Both the position numbers and the translations under genes were made by a program. A DNA stretch of 63,283 bases, counting the filler, from Basidiobolus ranarum (lineage: Eukaryota), in assembly GCA_040143965.1 (NCBI GenBank). It is 7 parts of 7 records of this genome, joined end to end, with 100 filler letters (N's around TTAATTAATTAA, not from the genome) between each part and the next. Parts side by side here need not be neighbours in the genome. Positions count along the whole stretch, not along the records: positions 1 to 8,981 come from JASJQH010007767.1; positions 9,082 to 18,053 come from JASJQH010007768.1; 5 more parts are not named here. One strand, written 5' to 3'. The notes below the pieces were generated by a model. The model searched no databases, was not told the DNA's origin, and worked only from the letters and a program-made list of their open reading frames with translations. Positions 1-12,249 of the stretch are shown here, in pieces (the stretch's first letter is position 1; every line of letters begins with the position of its first letter).

Positions 1-443
1 CGCTCTGATGCAGAGTATTCCATAATAGCTCTAAGTATTCGTCAATCATTACAACCAAGATTATTGTAACAAATAGGGATGAAAGTGTCCTATATAAATA
101 ACGTCAGATTGAAAGTAACGTCGCGTAAAAAGTCACTTAGGGTTAGGGTTAGACCAATGTGCTGTGTATTACAAACCAGAAACCCTTGTGCATTCACGAT
201 GATTAAGCCTAATCGTAATTTCAAAAGAAAATTCAAATAGCGGTAAGCAATAATCCCTACTGTAAGCCATGAGTCATAAGCATCAGAGCGCTTTTATCAT
301 GTGATTCCAAATGAATAACCACCAAATATCCAGACTGCTTTCAAATGAGACTGATAATCTGTTGGGAAATAATCCAAGGATACACTAATATCTTAATTAT
401 ACCTAGCCTCAGTTCTTATTGTTAATCCCTCCTGACCTTTATA

Positions 444-1975
444 ATGATTCTTACTGAAAAGTACGAAGCTTTTATTCTAAAAAATGCCTCTCAAGTGAGT
501 GGAATTGAGAGTTTCTTGCGCTCTTTAACATATGTATTACCAGGTATTTTATATAGTCAATACTCTCAATCGACTAAAAGCTAATGCTAAGGGCTTCTAT
601 ATATTTTAAGGAAGATTCAACGACTCCGAGTTCGCTTCTGAGGCTTGTAAGTTAATCATATATAGTAGAGTTCTCTTTGCTCTTGTATATTTAATACATT
701 ATCTCCGATATTAGTATTCGCTTTTATCAATCTCCTGGGCTTATATCACGATAAGATCTTGGTAAAAGCTGCTTCAAATCATTATCAAGAGACAGGAGAA
801 AAGCCCCCTACCCCAGGAAACTTTAATAGATATGTGCGCTATCTTTATCGCTCATCAGACAACTATCGTCGGGCTTCAATAGTACTTACAGTGTTACAAT
901 ACACTGAGGTACTTATAGAAATGGGTATACAGAAGAAGTGGGGAAAAGACAAAAAATGGAATGTAATTTTGTTCATTGAAGGCCTAAAGTAAGCTAAAAT
1001 ACCATCAATCAAGCTTCGCCATACGATCCACCTACCAACTACATCATATTAACCTTCCTTAATCAGAGCTGCTCTTCGTTTCTCGTTGGTTCATATGTCA
1101 GGGAACCGTACACTGATTTCTCCTCCCCATCCGGAGAGAGAAGTCGATCCCTCCGCCATAAACTCTGATAGAACAACCGTCAAAACACCCACTTGGACGG
1201 GTTCACGAACTGGTCAAAATCACCCAGCCATTGATACAATTGTTCAAGATAAAAAGGGTAACCTTCGAGTTACTGAGTATGTTCTCTCGAAAGTATTGGA
1301 TGTCGAAAGTGCCAGAAAGCCATTGGATTTAGTTCGTACATTATCTGGATGGGGAAATATTGGAGAGATTCTCTACATCATTAGACCTTTACTCTACGGT
1401 AAGCTTCTCTACTCTGTTGCAAATGAACTCTAGTTTAATAGGTTTATTTTAGTGCTCCTAATCAAAAAGTATGGAAATCAATCTTGGAAGCCATGGATTC
1501 TATCGCTTCTGGTTGAGTACACAAGTCGGAAATCAACCGAACAACATATGGAGGCAAACGGTGGAATGAGAGCTGCCAGTAGCCTGGAGCAAGAAGAAAG
1601 CAAGCGTCGCCAATGGCTTCTAATCTTTTATCTTCTTCGTAATCCACTATACGAAAGGTTAACCAAGTACGTGAGCCAAGATAAATGGGAATCTTTTGAA
1701 TATTGTTAGCTAACAGATCTATTTATTTGACCATTGTAGACCACAAATACAAGAATTCTGTAAATCAGCCAGCAAAAAACCAATTATATCACTCTTCGCC
1801 GGTAAGAAAGCTTCTAGTTGCAATGATTCTTTCGCAAGATACTTACATTTCTTCATCAGGTGTTTTGCAAGATTACATGCCACTTTGGGAGAATATTTAC
1901 TTCTATAGTAAGTTGTTACATATGCGCCACTTGGGCTCGTCTAACCTTTTTTGATATTTAGCTTCCGCTTCATAA
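444..1975 (+). CDS. PEX16: Peroxisomal membrane biogenesis factor Pex16 (multi-exon)
   Basis: ATG at 444 reads MILTEKYEAFILKNASQVSGIESFLRSLTYVLP, then spliced GRFNDSEFASEA; later exons give LQYTEVLIEM, KKWNVILFIEGLK, GEILYIIRPLLY, SWKPWILSLLVE, YLLRNPLYE and a C-terminal DYMPLWENIYFYTSAS* (TAA 1973-1975); GT-AG introns link the ORF fragments. Confidence 0.92.
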
Positions 1976-2373
1976 GTACAACCTTGTATATTCTCCGCAC
2001 AAGACTGGTTTGTAACAGAAAGAGGATTATATCATTATCTTTATCCCAAAATCATACATATAAACTGTATTGTCCAAACACATTTCTAAGTTAATTATTG
2101 CTAACGGCTGGGTGATAAAGTAGTGTGGAAAGAATAGATCATTTGATAGAACTGAAGATTGTTATAGTTATGGAATGGAATGGGTAGTATTTAACAGTGT
2201 AGAAATGGTCATTTTCGAAATAACTCCGCTTTCTCACAACCAGAAAGGACAAAGAAATAAAATTTAATACATGAGCTTTGCCTTTGGCTAAAAATTAAGG
2301 TGTTGAAGTGTTTTGAGATTCCTTTAGCAATTAGGAGCTGAAGGTATTGGAGATTTCCTTGAGTGGCTTCGAT

Positions 2374-3573
2374 TTAACTCTGGTTGCTGATTGAAATTGG
2401 CACAGGAGCAGGCGCTGGAGGACTGTTGACGCTGGATTTTTTTTCCAAAATTTCAACGTAGTTTGATGGGAAGATACCAATCTGGCCGCTACGAAGTCTA
2501 CCTCTCCACCAGTCACTTGTCTGGCCGTTGGAGTCGACTTTACTAAGGATTGCAATAACATCGCCCCGCTTGAGGTTAAGTTCGACAGTGTTATCACCGT
2601 TGAAGTCGTACATAGCCCTAGCAAACTCCACATCTTGAGGAAGAGAGCTTGACTTTTCAGACGTAGCACCGGCAGGGAGTACTCCTTTAGCTTGCTGACG
2701 TTTGGCTATAGACATAATCAATCGATTCATCAGGAATGGGATCCCAAGTACGACTAATAGGAATATAATGATTGGACGTTTCGACGATGTTTTTTGCTGA
2801 AATCCATTGAAATCAGATACATCAAGTTCGCTTAGATTAACTGGCGGCTTCTTTCCCGTGATACGATACAAAAGGTTTCGAATGGCACGAACTAAAGAAA
2901 ACACACTCAAAATTTGACCTAAATGTGTTTTTAAACGACCAAATTGATCAATAACTCCAACCATAGCCATAAACGAAGAGTGGGTAGCCATGAATGTGGA
3001 TTCTAGCATATGCGCAAACCCACCAAATGCGTTTACAATGCTGTCGATGGCTTGAAAAGTAGGTTGAACTGTAGATTCAACAGTGTTTAGAAGGCTAAGT
3101 CCACCTTCTTGACCATTAGGACCCATGCCCATACCACCGTACCCTCCACCATAGCGACTCCCATATCCACCATAACCGCTGTTATATCCTCCATATCCAC
3201 CGTATCCGCCATTATATCCACTAGCACCATATCCGCCATAACCGCTGATGAGCCCTCCGTTAGTACCATATCCACCACCGTAACGAGATCCATAGGAGGA
3301 ATAACCTGTTCCATAGTTATTACCGTACCCACTACTATATCCCGAAGGATTTACACCCATCCCGCCATATCCTATTATTGTAGTCATATATGTGTTAGAT
3401 TGCTGTATGGATAGTTAATGTTATATGTCAGAAAATATACCTGTGGTCATGTAGCCAGCATTTGAGGATCTTTCTGGAACAGCAGGAGGATTAAGCGTCG
3501 GGGAGGCATTTGTAATAGGAGCAGTTCCGGACATTTGTGTAGCTTTTTCCCAAGGCTTTGGTGGAGAAGACAT
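2374..3573 (-). CDS. PEX13: Peroxisomal docking protein Pex13 (2 exons; intron about 3372-3440)
   Basis: N-terminal MSSPPKPWE, Gly/Tyr-rich region, Pex13 core (TFQAIDSIVNAFGGFAHMLESTFMATHSSFMAMVGV), TM segment, C-terminal SH3 (FARAMYDF...WWRGRLRSGQIGIFPSNYVE). Confidence 0.95.
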
Positions 3574-4053
3574 ATAAGAACAAGGATAAATTGAAACTAT
3601 GAACTATTTAACAGTGATAGTAATATAGCGAAGCAAGCGATGAATCAGCAGCCCGGTGACTTATAGGTAGAGATATATTAGGATGAGAAGAATATAAAGG
3701 AACAGATGTTGGAACTAGTTATTTTTCTATTAGCAATTGGAATATGACAAGATCATATGATACCGCACACCCGATACTCAACAGTCAGTGAATTAGTAAT
3801 ATTTAAACCATTTCAGTCAGCGCATGTGAAATTGTGTCAAAGATTTGCTGACAATCCTATTGGTTTATCTGAGATGGAGTTAAATACAAAGTTAACCTAC
3901 TTGATTTCTTGCTGCTTAATTTATAAAAAAAATTCAATTTCTCGTGAAACAACAAAAAATAAAATTGAAAAAAAAAGAAGTTGTTGTGAATCGTTTGTAT
4001 TCTCGGGAAACGCTTGCAGGTATCAACACAGTCACCTACCTAGAAGTATCATA

Positions 4054-6576
4054 ATGGGTAAAGTTCATAGAAAGAAGGCCTCTCGTCAACGTCCCAATCC
4101 TACTGGAATCCCATCAGTTGCTGACGTAAATAAAGAGGAGGCCCAACTTCAAAGCAGTGTTAGACCAGAAGATGTCTTGCCCGTGATTCAAAAGGTAAGC
4201 ATATACTCTATGGTCCAGCAACTTACGAATTCGGAACATTTTTTAAAGCATTTTTGAATTAGCTCTCGGCTCCCGAGGCTGCCGATCGCGCTTGGGCTGC
4301 TGCCGGCGTATCTAATCTGTTACTCTCTGACCCTAAAACACGACGACTTTTATTGTCGAAGAATCTTGTTGCTTTGCTGATTGAAAGATTAACTGACGAC
4401 AATATTGATGTTCTAGTTGAGGCTGCTGGTGCCCTTAGGTTTGTTTTAGATTATATAGTATGACAGGAGTCAACATACTCACTCTCCTAACTATCTTGAA
4501 CAGAAACTTGGCCAGCATTGGTGGAGACGAAGTTTGTGGAGAATTATTCAACAAGAATATTTTATCTCCTATTCAAAGCTTAGTTCCTAAAGTAATATAC
4601 ACTTGAATATATAATACAGTAGATATTATACTAATAGAGCCTGATATAATTAGGTTTCCGACACTATTAATGATATTTTGAACGAGGTTCCTCCACGCTC
4701 CGAAGAGGAGAAGGAGAGACGCAAGTCTATTTGGGACTTCTCTGACAACATCATTTGTATTATTTGGAGCTTAAGGTAATTAACTCTACTTGTTATGTGG
4801 GTTCCAGAAATTTACTAACTTTACTCCAGTGAAACCTCAGAGAAGATCTTCAACGCTGTCAACAAAGCCAATTTCCTTCCATTCTTGATGTCCTTCATAT
4901 CTGCCTCTGAAAAACTTCCTCTCAAACCTGTTCTCTCTGCAGGTACTTTGTTTTTTTTCATGTTTTCTATAATCAAAAACTCACTTTTACATTTCTCGGA
5001 TCAGCTCAAGCACTCAACGCACTTACTGATGATAACAAAGAGGCTTTCAAATTCTTTGGTCATCATCACGAATACATTAGCCTTCTCGGTAAAATGGTAA
5101 CCACTGTACCATCTGAAGATCGTATTCAATTATCGATTTTAGCTGCTGGTTCGTAAATCTAGGGCTTTTATGATATTCACTTTTCAACTTGATTGCTCAT
5201 CTTGTATAACTCTTAGGTGTTTTAATCAATCTTCGTCCTATGATTGCTGATCCCACTGATGATTCTACCGACATTATTAAAGCTATCGGCCCACTTCTTA
5301 TCAGCTGCCTTAAATATGACATCCAAGGTGCCGCCAAGGAGGCTGTTGAGCTTGCTGATGTGATTAAAACCAGAGAGCAGGCTCAGGATTTCAACCAATT
5401 GAGCAAAGATCAATCTACTGAAGAAGAACGACTTGCTACAGTTGACCAGCGTCTAACTACCCTGCAATTTTGCCTTGAACTCCTTGCCAACTTAAGTGCT
5501 GAGGATATCCCCGAAGAGGAGCAGTGGGAGGATGCTAATGGTGAAGGCGATGATGATGATGCTATGTCCGATTCTTCAATCGTTGATATCCCTGCAGATA
5601 TTATTATGGAGGAACACGAAGAGGAGGCTCAGGCTTTCCAAGAATCTGACAACAGTCTATTTTCTGCCGCCCTTCCTTACCTTATCCCCTTGGGCACCCC
5701 TACTCCAATCTCCTTCCCTCCCCAGTCCCCAGATGAGAAGTTCCTCTCTCCTACTACCACAAATGCGTTGTCTGTCCTTCATCTTCGTGCACTTTCTTGC
5801 TTCAATAATTTCCTTATTACTATGTCGGAGAACTCCAACAAAAGCTGGTTCAAACAACATCAGGAGGATGTTGATCGTTGTTGGAACTGGCTCTTTGAGG
5901 TAGCCAACACTACTGCTGGTTCTGGTGTGATTGTTGGCCAGGGTCAAGATAGTCGTGCCTCCGTTATGGAAGCTGTTGTTGGTTGCTTGTGGACTCTCTC
6001 TCGTGGCGCTGAAGCTGCTGTCGTAAGTCTACCATTAACAATGCATTTCTTATTTAAAGATTTTTACTAATTGACTTTATGGGATCATAGCCTGTTACCG
6101 ATGCCCAAATTGCTGCATTGATACAATCCTATCACTCTACCGTTGTAGACTCTATGCGCGTCAAGTGTATTGGTCTTCTAGGTGTTCTTGCACAAAGAAG
6201 ACCTGGCTTTATCGAATCCAATAAGGTTATTGGTTCATTCATGATTGGTTTGATCCAAGATATCCCCAAAACATCTGTGGAGGTTGTGGTGGAAGTGTTG
6301 AACGCTATCTATGATATCTACGCCGATATCTCTTATGACTACGATCGCCCAGTCTTCGTTGAAGGAAACTTCTTAAATGCTCTCAAGAAGTCTACTGGCG
6401 AACTCCGTAAAATCGTATGTATTTCAATATTTTATGTCATGTTTGAACAATTTACTCAAACAATCCAATAGGTGAAGGTCGTTGATCGTCGTAAGCAGAA
6501 GTTACTTAGACAAAGAGCCGACGAAGCTTACCTTAACCTCAATGCTTTTATCAAATATAAAGAGAGTGAATTATAG
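4054..6576 (+). CDS. SYO1: ARM/HEAT-repeat symportin Syo1 / HEATR3 (multi-exon)
   Basis: Basic N-terminus MGKVHRKKASRQRPNPTG, RAWAAAGVSNL and LVEAAGALRNL ARM repeats, acidic loop, EVLNAIYDIYAD, and C-terminal RADEAYLNLNAFIKYKESEL* typical of Syo1/HEATR3. Confidence 0.85.
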
Positions 6577-6834
6577 AGTAATGAATGTATAGAATATAAA
6601 GAGTTTGCAGATATTGTCAAGTTCGTTTTTTGAGATACCTTACTTTGTATCCTTCCTTACTGTGTGTGTTGCTCTTTGCTCCTCTTCCCTACTGTTTTCA
6701 TTAACATAATATCCCAAGGCTCTATTTTATTTCAGCATCAGGTAATACAAATAAATATTAATTTTAGAATGTGTTTTAATTTTTTGGATTTTGATAAATT
6801 GTCAACATACATATATATATATACTAAAGATAGA

Positions 6835-8278
6835 TTAAATTTGAATTTTTCTTCCTTGCACCCATATCTCTTTGATGTTACGATCATCACCGACATGAAT
6901 GAACTTCTGGAAAGCATCCTCAATGGTATCATATACGAATAACTCGATGGGATTTTCAAGGCTTTCGTTATCTTCAAAATTAGATAAATCTACTAACAGT
7001 GCGTCCAAAGATTTTCCTACTTCAAAAGAACCAACATCGTTATGAATTCCAAGGGATTCAGCGCCACCCATAGTTGCCAGCCAAAATGCCTCTTTATAGT
7101 TGAGTTGAAGAGAATTACTATCGGTAGTATCTGCAGTTTTGTCCTCCTCAAGACGAGCTACCTCTAAGAAACGAGATGTAATTACCGCTTGTCGAATCGC
7201 GGAAAGCATGGAGATGGAGTAACCACCGGCGATGTCCGTTCCAAGGCCACATTTGACTCCAGAGCGCCAGAGTTTCTTCACAGACAAAGATCCATTTCCA
7301 AAATAACTATTAGAGAGTGGGCAATGTGAGATAGCGGCACCTCGAGACTTGAGGATCTCCAAATCAGCATCTACAAGTCGAGTACCGTGAGCAAGCACTG
7401 TTCTATTGTTCAACAGCTTGTAGCTATCGAACACATCAGCATCATTCTTTCCATCATGAAGTTGGTGAACGAAGTCAACTTCAGCAATAGATTCGGAAAT
7501 ATGCGATTGTATCGGGAGATTATAACGTTCAGCGATGTCACCAAGTGCTTGAAGTAACTTGTTACTGCATGTAGGGATAAATCGAGGTGTTACTACGGGA
7601 GTAATTAATGGATTCCCTTTGCCCAAGGTAAACTCGACAAACGCTTCCACGTCACGAATGGAATTTTCAGTTTCACAAGAGTAAACTGCAGATCCATGTT
7701 GATCAAGACTAGGAATACCTACAAATCCTCGCATGCCATATTCCTCCAACAACTCCACAAAGAGCTCACTTGCTTTAAGATCAATGGTCAAAAAATAGAG
7801 TCCAGTTGTAGTACCGTTTTTTAAAGCTCGGCGAATTTGACGACTGTAGACTGCACGAGCAAAAGTCAATTCTTTAAACTTGGATTCGTAATTAAACGCG
7901 TATTTGTTCAACCAATCGAAAAGAGGAGTCTCACAGGCAGTACCGGTATATGGATATTGAGGAGCATGATGATGAGTGTCAATAAACCCTGGGATAAGGA
8001 ATTGCGTTTGATCCATCTCAATCAACTCTACGTTGCTATCTTTGATGGTATCAAGTAACTCTTTTCCTTTTTCGGAGCTAATAGGCTCGATTATTTCAAT
8101 CTTTCCATCCTGATTTACACCTTGAGAAAGAAAAACAAACGTTGGTTGTTATGTACGGTAAATAATAACTACAAAAGAACTTACCACAGATGTGGTTCTC
8201 TAAGATGTCCAGCTTATCTTTACTGGGTGCATGAATTAAGGTTCCCTTGAAGACGGTTTTTAGGTTTGTAAAGCTCAT
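6835..8278 (-). CDS. GUD1: Guanine deaminase (amidohydrolase superfamily); one intron about 8121-8184
   Basis: FLIPGFIDTHHHAPQY metal motif, PVVTPRFIPTCS, IQSHISES, LAHG, HCPLSN, GLGTDIAGG, GDDRNIKEIWVQG; exon 1 MSFTNLKTVFKGTLIHAP. Confidence 0.93.
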
Positions 8279-8981
8279 TTCTTGGCAGTTTTAATCAACT
8301 TCTAAACTCTAGCTTGTGAATTTGACGACGAATAATAAAAAAATTGTAATGAGGTATCACAAGTTATAAAGGTAACCATAGACCAGTCGATTTGTGGCTT
8401 AACTATGGATATAGCCATTATTAGGATCCCAATAATACCCGAACAATTTCATAGAAAAATGGCTTAATTACTTCCAATAGTTTAGATAAATTAGGCCAAA
8501 ATAAGGACAATTTAATACGCGAATTCTGGTCAGATGAAAATGGATATATCCTTGGATAAGAAGGTGGTAATGACAACAAGACCACATGATAATGATAAAT
8601 AACGCATTTGGCTAGTAATTCCTAGGTATTTACTAATTAGAGAATAGGCTTTATAGAAGGTGTGATTAAGATTGCATACAGGGGGCGATGCTTTAAGCTT
8701 TTTTCAAATGCTTTCTCGTGACCAAGATGGAGTATATATTAATGTGTATCAACCCTGGTCTAAACCCATACCCTCGCTATTCTTTCAAGCACTAACCTTT
8801 CAAGCACTAACCCACTGAAATCCCGCTAATAATCAAGAATAATGATACACTGTCAGCTCTCTTCGCAGAAGTTGAGCACGAATTTTATTACCCTTGTCTG
8901 TTTTAGTCGTACTATTCACTCATTGTACATGGTAGAATAGGTAAAATAACTCATATATATATTTCTTTTATTCATAACTCA

Positions 8982-9081
8982 NNNNNNNNNNNNNNNNNNN
9001 NNNNNNNNNNNNNNNNNNNNNNNNNTTAATTAATTAANNNNNNNNNNNNNNNNNNNNNNNNNNNNNNNNNNNNNNNNNNNN
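8982..9081. other. Artificial contig linker
   Basis: N44-TTAATTAATTAA-N44 (stops in all six frames), identical at all six junctions. Confidence 0.98.
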
Positions 9082-9207
9082 GATTATGGAGGCAATGGCG
9101 GCGGAAAATACAGTAGTGGTGGTGGTAGATCAGGCGGTGACTATGGAGGCAATGGTGGAAGAAGCGGCGGAAAATACGGTGGTGGTGGATCAGCCTATAA
9201 ATACTAG
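9082..9207 (+). CDS. 3' end of a glycine-rich repeat protein (truncated by contig start)
   Basis: Open frame DYGGNGGGKYSSGGGRSGGDYGGNGGRSGGKYGGGGSAYKY* followed by AT-rich UTR-like DNA. Confidence 0.6.
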   Translation, partial: DYGGNGGGKYSSGGGRSGGDYGGNGGRSGGKYGGGGSAYKY

Positions 9208-9511
9208 GTATAACATCATAATATGATGAAACTATATAGTTTTTGTATGCATATATGCATATTCCTTACTAAATATATATCAATTGATGAAATAGAATCG
9301 AGTTAGACCATTTATCAGAATATTAGACCAAGTATATGACTACTGATAAGCAGTGTTCTTTCCCAATCACTTGATTTGGCAGGAAGGATAGAGTGCTCAA
9401 CTTTTACTCTCAGGTGCTTACTAGTGATTGTGATACTTTAGAATACGCTTCAAGCATAATATAATAACAACAAACTCGGGTAATGCATATTTCACTTATC
9501 CAAGTAACGAG

Positions 9512-9723
9512 TGTTGAAACATAGCCTAAACGTCTATATAGTCACATATAGCTTAGTACTTAGTTAATCCATATTTCACCAAGATATCACCCAATATTCG
9601 ATATCGGAATTTACTTGGAATATTGTTACCAACTCAGAAGTTCTCAGATATATAGATTTTTCAAATTTGTGCTAGAAGCCCCAAACTTTGTACACATGTT
9701 CCTGGGATTTTACTCAACACATT
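9512..9723 (+). mobile_element. 5' part of Copia LTR family A (truncated)
   Basis: Starts TGTTGAAA and matches the first ~215 bp of the solo LTR at 36422 (CTATATAGTCA.ATATAGCTT, GTGCTAGAAGCCCCAAACTTTG). Confidence 0.8.
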
Positions 9724-10066
9724 AGTATTTGGGAGCCTGTTGGAAGTGGCTTGAAGAACACGAAGAATTGAGGGTTATAAACTTTTTGATTTATTGAGTA
9801 GAAAGTTGACATTTATCGTTTTACCAAGATGTAGGCGAAAAAATGTGTAGAATGTATTAAGGAAGGCTCTAGGAATATGTGTGCAAAGTTTGGAGTTTCT
9901 AGCACAAGTTTGAAAAATCTATTTATCTGAGAACTTCCAAGTTGGTGTCAACATTCCAAGTAAATTCCGATATCGAATAATGGACAATATCTTAGTTTAA
10001 TATAGGATAACTAAGTACTAAGCTATATATGACTATATAGGAGTTTAGCCAATACTAATTCCAACA
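9724..10066 (-). mobile_element. Near-complete Copia LTR family A, inverted
   Basis: Reverse complement starts TGTTGGAATTAG and ends ...CTCCCAAATACT, collinear with 36422-36770. Confidence 0.8.
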
Positions 10067-10296
10067 GTTTAAAACTGTTTCTTTGGTTCAGTAATGTTCA
10101 AGACTTTGTATTTGATTTATCTTTGATACAAAAATTGGATCCAGTCTCACTATTATTTTCATAACAGCATCTTCTCTTGCCCCCTCATAATTCTCATTAT
10201 ACACATTCTTTCTCTATACCAATAAGTAGCATCTACTCCTGGACACCCTAATGCATCTATGGAGTAGTTTAGGCACCTTTGCTCCTTTACCATTCG

Positions 10297-10561
10297 TGTT
10301 GAAAATGACAGAACTTAAGCATCTATATAGTCATATAGTTAGCTATCTAAATTTCTCTACGTCATTATTCAGTATCAATATTGAGACCAACTTGGAAGTT
10401 CTTGGATTATACGATTTTCTCAAACTTTGTACTCTACACGTTGGTTTATCTTCTTGACAAAAGTATAAATGGTAACTTACACTCAACAAATCATCAAGTG
10501 AAAACCACCAATTCCTCTAGTTCTCCAAATCACTTCCAACAACTCCCAAAATACTTCAACA
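10297..10561 (+). mobile_element. Solo LTR, family A variant with internal deletions
   Basis: TGTTGAAA...CTTCAACA termini; flanks ATTCG / ATTCA (5-bp TSD with one transition); closest to the copy at 19205. Confidence 0.8.
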
Positions 10562-11425
10562 ATTCACACCCTCTGCTTCCAGTATGTGAGATACCTGTTG
10601 AAATACTCGATTGAAGCATCTAGATATGCATTAAGCATATGTATCACAAGTGTTGTTTATCTGCTCAATATTTCACAAATTTAAGGCATCATGAATTTTT
10701 GGAAATTGATTTTCGAGCAACCATTACGTTGATCCTGCCGTTGGCTTCGTCTCGATTTGATTCCTCTTCCATCGACTTGGATGCATTATAAAAATCCTAC
10801 TTTGATAAGTCTTGCTTATTTTATTATAGATTTTACTGTTATATCGGAATAGGAGCAGCAAATAGGCTATGCATACTAGCAACAGAAATTGAACGACTGG
10901 ATGAGTTTAGAAGCCAGTACTGTTTATAACATTTCTAAGAGACATCATATATAAACTGTTTATAAAATACATGAGTAAATATAGAACATGCTAAGCATGA
11001 TTTATGGCATTTAGGTACTTCGTTCTTGTATTTCCGGCTGAGTATGCCAAGGAAATTATCGACAGAGCGAGGTGAGATTTAGCTAAGTTGAGGGCCCTTG
11101 TTTTCACTCACCATTTCTGAGATGGAATCACAAGATATGTTGTGGCCTTGACCAACAATATAATCAAGTATGCGAAACATGACAATGGCAGATTTAACCA
11201 ATACTTTTTTCCTATTCAGGAGGCTTCCATTGCCACGGTTCCAGTTTTTTTTTGTTTTCTCATTCTTCACACCAACACAAATAGCAATGGTTACGCTTTT
11301 ATCTGCTAGATAAACATTAATGTAGACTGACCCTTAAACCTCAAGTCGGTTATCTATGTTCCTAAAGCAAAAGCCTCCCATTTTTTGACTCCGGGCAATT
11401 AATCCGTTATATCCGAAGTTACCTC

Positions 11426-11594
11426 ATGTTGCCCAAATGGTAGCTGATATTAATATATTCAATATTCCGATTAACCGTTGTTTCTTCGATGAGAATTGAA
11501 TTTCCCTTTCGAAAATCATTTGATTTCTGAACAGAGAAATAACGGTTAATCGGAATATTGAATATATTAATATCAGCTACCATTTGGGCAACAT
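11426..11594. repeat. Long inverted repeat / hairpin: 60-bp arms, 49-bp spacer
   Basis: 11426-11485 is the reverse complement of 11535-11594 except at one position. Confidence 0.95.
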
Positions 11595-12249
11595 ATGTAC
11601 TGAACGTCTGGAACATGATTTGATACGGGTACTTCGGAGAACTAATTTCTGGTGGGGGCGATATCACCCACTCTTTACCATATCAGGAGGGCTATCTCCG
11701 ATTCGGTTTTATCCCTACAGTTGTGCGTACCATTTAACTCTGCTGTATAGCCTCCAAATATATTTAAAATGGAAATATTTAATCTCAAGCAATACTCGCA
11801 TATTTCATGACAAAATGTGCATTAATATATGAACATACGATTATACAGCATGAATTGCATAAAAATTCACCGAAATCTGGAGCATTCCAATATCCATCTA
11901 GGGGCACTTTCAATGTGCCATTTGTAGAGGTATGTACATTTTTGTAAGCAAACTCCTTACTCATATTGGTGTTTCGTTGGTTTTGATGCGATGCCCTACG
12001 TCAAGTGTGCAAAACTGGCTCCATATCTCCAGTCTAGATTTTGTAATACTCTTTTGAACAAAAACTGAGGCCAAATGGGAAACTATCACTCCCCATATCA
12101 ATCAATGTTTCGTTGATGCACTGGAGCCTTCAGTTCCTCTCCAAGAATGTGTTCATGGTGACACAACATCCATTTTGATGGTGACATCATAACAAACTCC
12201 TTGACTGTTCTCGATACATACCAACGAGGTTTCTCATTCAATTCGTTCG

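Noticed and set aside
137-152. TTAGGGTTAGGGTTAG telomere-like motif
   Set aside because: Fewer than three units and internal; not a telomere. The CCCTA[AT] run near 53008-53030 is similarly short and degenerate.
3087-3414. Overlapping ORFs 3087-3332 and 3109-3414
   Set aside because: Shadow frames of the Gly/Tyr-rich PEX13 region.
8783-8812. Short tandem duplication TTTCAAGCACTAACC x2
   Set aside because: Only two units; ordinary slippage.
9026-9037. TTAATTAATTAA palindrome recurring about every 9 kb
   Set aside because: Synthetic six-frame stop linker inside N runs.
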